Of a DNA stretch of 64,000 bases, positions 61,914-64,000 are shown in pieces. Below the pieces are notes generated by a model. The model did not search any database. It was not told the DNA's origin and saw nothing but the letters and a program-made list of their open reading frames with translations. The position numbers were made by a program, and so were the translations under genes. Positions within the stretch are counted from its first letter, which is position 1. Every line of letters starts with the position of its first letter. The stretch is from an uncultured Candidatus Peribacteria bacterium (GTDB taxonomy: Bacteria > Patescibacteriota > Gracilibacteria > Peribacterales > Peribacteraceae): positions 66,728 through 130,727 of the forward strand of contig CAZYQO010000002.1 in assembly GCA_964649695.1 (NCBI GenBank), written 5' to 3'.

Positions 61914-62951
61914 ATGCCGCTCACTGCTGAACTTGCCTCAAAGGCGCAGACGTTGCTCTCCTCAGCAAAGGCGATTCGCTGCATGTGCCACCGCAATCCC
62001 GACGGCGATGCCATCGGTTCGCTGCTGGGCATGGGGCTGCTGCTCGAGCAGGCGTTCCCCGGCAAGACGGTCACCTTGCACTGCAAGGATCCCGTTCCCG
62101 AGATGTTCCTGTTTTTGCCTGCGGCTGTGCGGGTTCAGGGTGCTCCCGTGCTGGAACCCGGTGATGCGGCGGTGATTCTGGATTGCGGCGAGGCCAAGCT
62201 GACCGAGTTCCATGTCACCCATCCGCAGCTGTTTGACGGCTCGATGCCTGTGCTGATGCTCGACCATCACCCGGGCAATCCGCTGTTTGGGACGGTGAAC
62301 ATTCTCGAGCCCCAGGCGGCATCGACCTGCGAGATCGTGGTGATGCTGGCCGATGCGTTGCATTGGGCGATTTCCAGTGATGCCGCCACATGTCTGCTGA
62401 CCGGCGTGTACACCGATACAGGCGGACTCCTGCACAGCAACACCACATCCGAGGTCTACCGCACCACGGCGCGTCTGCTGCGGGCGGGTGCGCGTCATCA
62501 GCTGCTGGTCACGGCGATCTTCCGCACGGCCAAGCTCAGCACGCTCAAGCTGTGGGGCAGGGTGCTCGAGAAGATTACGGTGAGCGAGGAGGGCGGTGCG
62601 ATCAGTGCGGTCACGGAAGGGGATTTTCGTGCGACGGGTGCCGACGGCAGCGAGCTGACGGGTGCCATCGACTATGTGAACGCCGTGCCCGGCATGCGGT
62701 TTTCGTTGGTGCTCAGCGAGCGTGACGGCAAGGTAAAGGGCAGCCTGCGCACGCTGCGCGATGACGTGGATGTGGCGGCTATGGCCAGCAAGTACCAGGG
62801 GGGTGGGCACAAAAAGGCGGCCGGGTTTGCGGTCGCCGGAAAGCTGCAGCCCGAGGTGCGTTGGAAGGTTGTGGAGCCGACGGGAAAGCCCGTGGCGCTT
62901 ACGCCTTCTTCTCCGCCTCCCTCGTCTCCTTCTGCGTCTGCTGGTCTTTGA
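61914..62951 (+). CDS. DHH/DHHA1 family phosphoesterase (NrnA-like)
   Basis: CHRNPDGDAIGSLLG, LMLDHHPGN and GGGHKKAAGF motifs. Pro/Ser-rich tail. Confidence 0.8.
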   Translation: MPLTAELASKAQTLLSSAKAIRCMCHRNPDGDAIGSLLGMGLLLEQAFPGKTVTLHCKDPVPEMFLFLPAAVRVQGAPVLEPGDAAVILDCGEAKLTEFHVTHPQLFDGSMPVLMLDHHPGNPLFGTVNILEPQAASTCEIVVMLADALHWAISSDAATCLLTGVYTDTGGLLHSNTTSEVYRTTARLLRAGARHQLLVTAIFRTAKLSTLKLWGRVLEKITVSEEGGAISAVTEGDFRATGADGSELTGAIDYVNAVPGMRFSLVLSERDGKVKGSLRTLRDDVDVAAMASKYQGGGHKKAAGFAVAGKLQPEVRWKVVEPTGKPVALTPSSPPPSSPSASAGL

Positions 62952-63999
62952 GATCCTCGCCTTCCTGCTTCAGCACGTCGGCGGGTTTCGTGGTGACCAG
63001 TTTTGCCTCTTCGGGGCTGGCCAGCACTTCCATGGCCACGTGACGGTAGCCGGCGAACAGAATGCCCTGACCCACGCCGGAGTTCAAAAGCACGTACTTC
63101 TCGCCGTCCGTGAGATAGAAGAGCTTCTGGAGACTGTCGACCGTGGCAGGCGACTGTTTGAGGAGCATCTGCAATCCGGAGTTGGTGATGATCGGTTTGC
63201 CGTAGGGTGATTCCACGAAGTCGTCGATGTCCTGCGTGATGGTGGTGACACCGAGGTAGTACTTGCGGGCGCGCTTCACGATGCCGTAGAGGAAGCGGGC
63301 GGAGTCCTCGAACTGCATGAGGTTCCACGCTTCGTCGATTACGAGCAGTCGTTTCTTCAGTTCACTGCGGATGCGGTTCCAAAGGAAGTTCAAGACCACG
63401 TACATGGCGATCGGGCGCAATTGGTCTTCAAGATCGCGGATCTGGAAGACGATCATCTGGGCGTCGAGCGACACGTTGGTCTTCTGGTCGAAGAGACCGG
63501 CAAAGCTACCCGTGGTGTACTTCTGCAGCGTCTGCGCCATGTTCTCGCCGCCTTCGGTGGTCGAGAGCACATCGACCAACTGGCCGAGCGTGGGCGGGGC
63601 GATCTTCTCGGGGTTCTTGGTTTCCAGAGTGATGCCCGAAAGCGCGTAGGTATCGAGGAGCGCCTTGTCGAGGATGCCGTCTTCCGACGGCGTAATCGGA
63701 CCAAGCATCAGTTTGAGCAGGCCGTGCAGGTTGATGATGGCCGCGCGCAGCACCTCACCCGATGCCGCCTCGTCGCCGCGCACCGCCTGGGGCAGATCAA
63801 ACGGGTTGATGCGGTATTGGCTCTGGATCGAGAGGGGAATATGCGTGCCGCCGACGGCTTCACACAGCTGGCTGTATTCGTTTTCCGGGTCGATGACGAA
63901 GATCTCGGTGCCCAGCATCAGGTAGCGCAGAAGCTCGAGTTTGGCCGTGAACGACTTACCCGCACCGGAGGTGGCGAAGATGTTGCTGTTCGCGTTGGG
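62899..63999 (-). CDS. VirB4/TrbE-like T4SS ATPase, C-terminal part (5' end outside window)
   Basis: Frame is open to the window edge. Walker A ATSGAGKSFT (about 63946-63975), Walker B LLVIDEAWNLM, and FVIDPENEY. Converges with the DHH gene, overlapping it by 53 nt. Confidence 0.75.
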   Translation of the reverse strand, partial: PNANSNIFATSGAGKSFTAKLELLRYLMLGTEIFVIDPENEYSQLCEAVGGTHIPLSIQSQYRINPFDLPQAVRGDEAASGEVLRAAIINLHGLLKLMLGPITPSEDGILDKALLDTYALSGITLETKNPEKIAPPTLGQLVDVLSTTEGGENMAQTLQKYTTGSFAGLFDQKTNVSLDAQMIVFQIRDLEDQLRPIAMYVVLNFLWNRIRSELKKRLLVIDEAWNLMQFEDSARFLYGIVKRARKYYLGVTTITQDIDDFVESPYGKPIITNSGLQMLLKQSPATVDSLQKLFYLTDGEKYVLLNSGVGQGILFAGYRHVAMEVLASPEEAKLVTTKPADVLKQEGEDLKDQQTQKETREAEKKA

Positions 64000-64000
64000 C

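Overview
This is a 64-kb stretch of a high-GC bacterial chromosome (about 64% GC in hand-counted 100-nt samples at 8401-8500 and 35001-35100). The backbone is housekeeping: trpS (partial), maf, rpsA, clpC-like, dus, rplK/rplA, ruvB, tatD, metG and fmt. It also holds five tRNAs (Gly-UCC, Lys-UUU, Arg-CCG, Gly-GCC, Gly-CCC) and an alpha-glucan cluster (GH15-GH57-glycosyltransferase). Scattered pieces of a Gram-positive/CPR-style type IV secretion-like apparatus are present: a PrgI-like protein, a VirB4 N-domain-only gene, four small TrbC/VirB2-like pilin genes, and a VirB4-like ATPase running off the 3' edge. TGA is used as a normal stop, so this is the standard genetic code. The most unusual part is a compositionally foreign block at about 8.9-24.5 kb, where GC falls to about 40% and then about 32% in hand-counted samples, with no integrase or transposase. 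It begins inside a three-gene operon of large, Cys-rich, Ser-stalked surface proteins built from shuffled modules. These include a canonical C-type lectin domain, an unassigned triple 'CPxG..GGGF..GWxC' module, DUF4215/Myxococcus-type Cys repeats, and a shared unclassified C-terminal sorting-signal-like tail. The block continues with a glycosylation operon (a Ppm1-like GT2 fused to a processive QxxRW GT2, a GT-C membrane glycosyltransferase, and a beta-propeller protein), a pyruvyl transferase and two LRR surface proteins. I read this as a candidate self-contained adhesin plus surface-glycosylation system; that reading is inference. Other notable items are a 0.6-kb AT-rich insertion carrying a HEPN-motif (RNxxxH) ORF wedged between ruvB and a glycosyltransferase, a roughly 88-nt conserved tRNA-trailer element with compensatory hairpin changes, and many genes with (extended) -10 boxes only 5-10 nt upstream of the start codon and no Shine-Dalgarno, which suggests leaderless mRNAs. 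No CRISPR array, rRNA gene, transposase or reverse transcriptase was seen. All family assignments come from motifs read by eye in the supplied translations; no database search was run.
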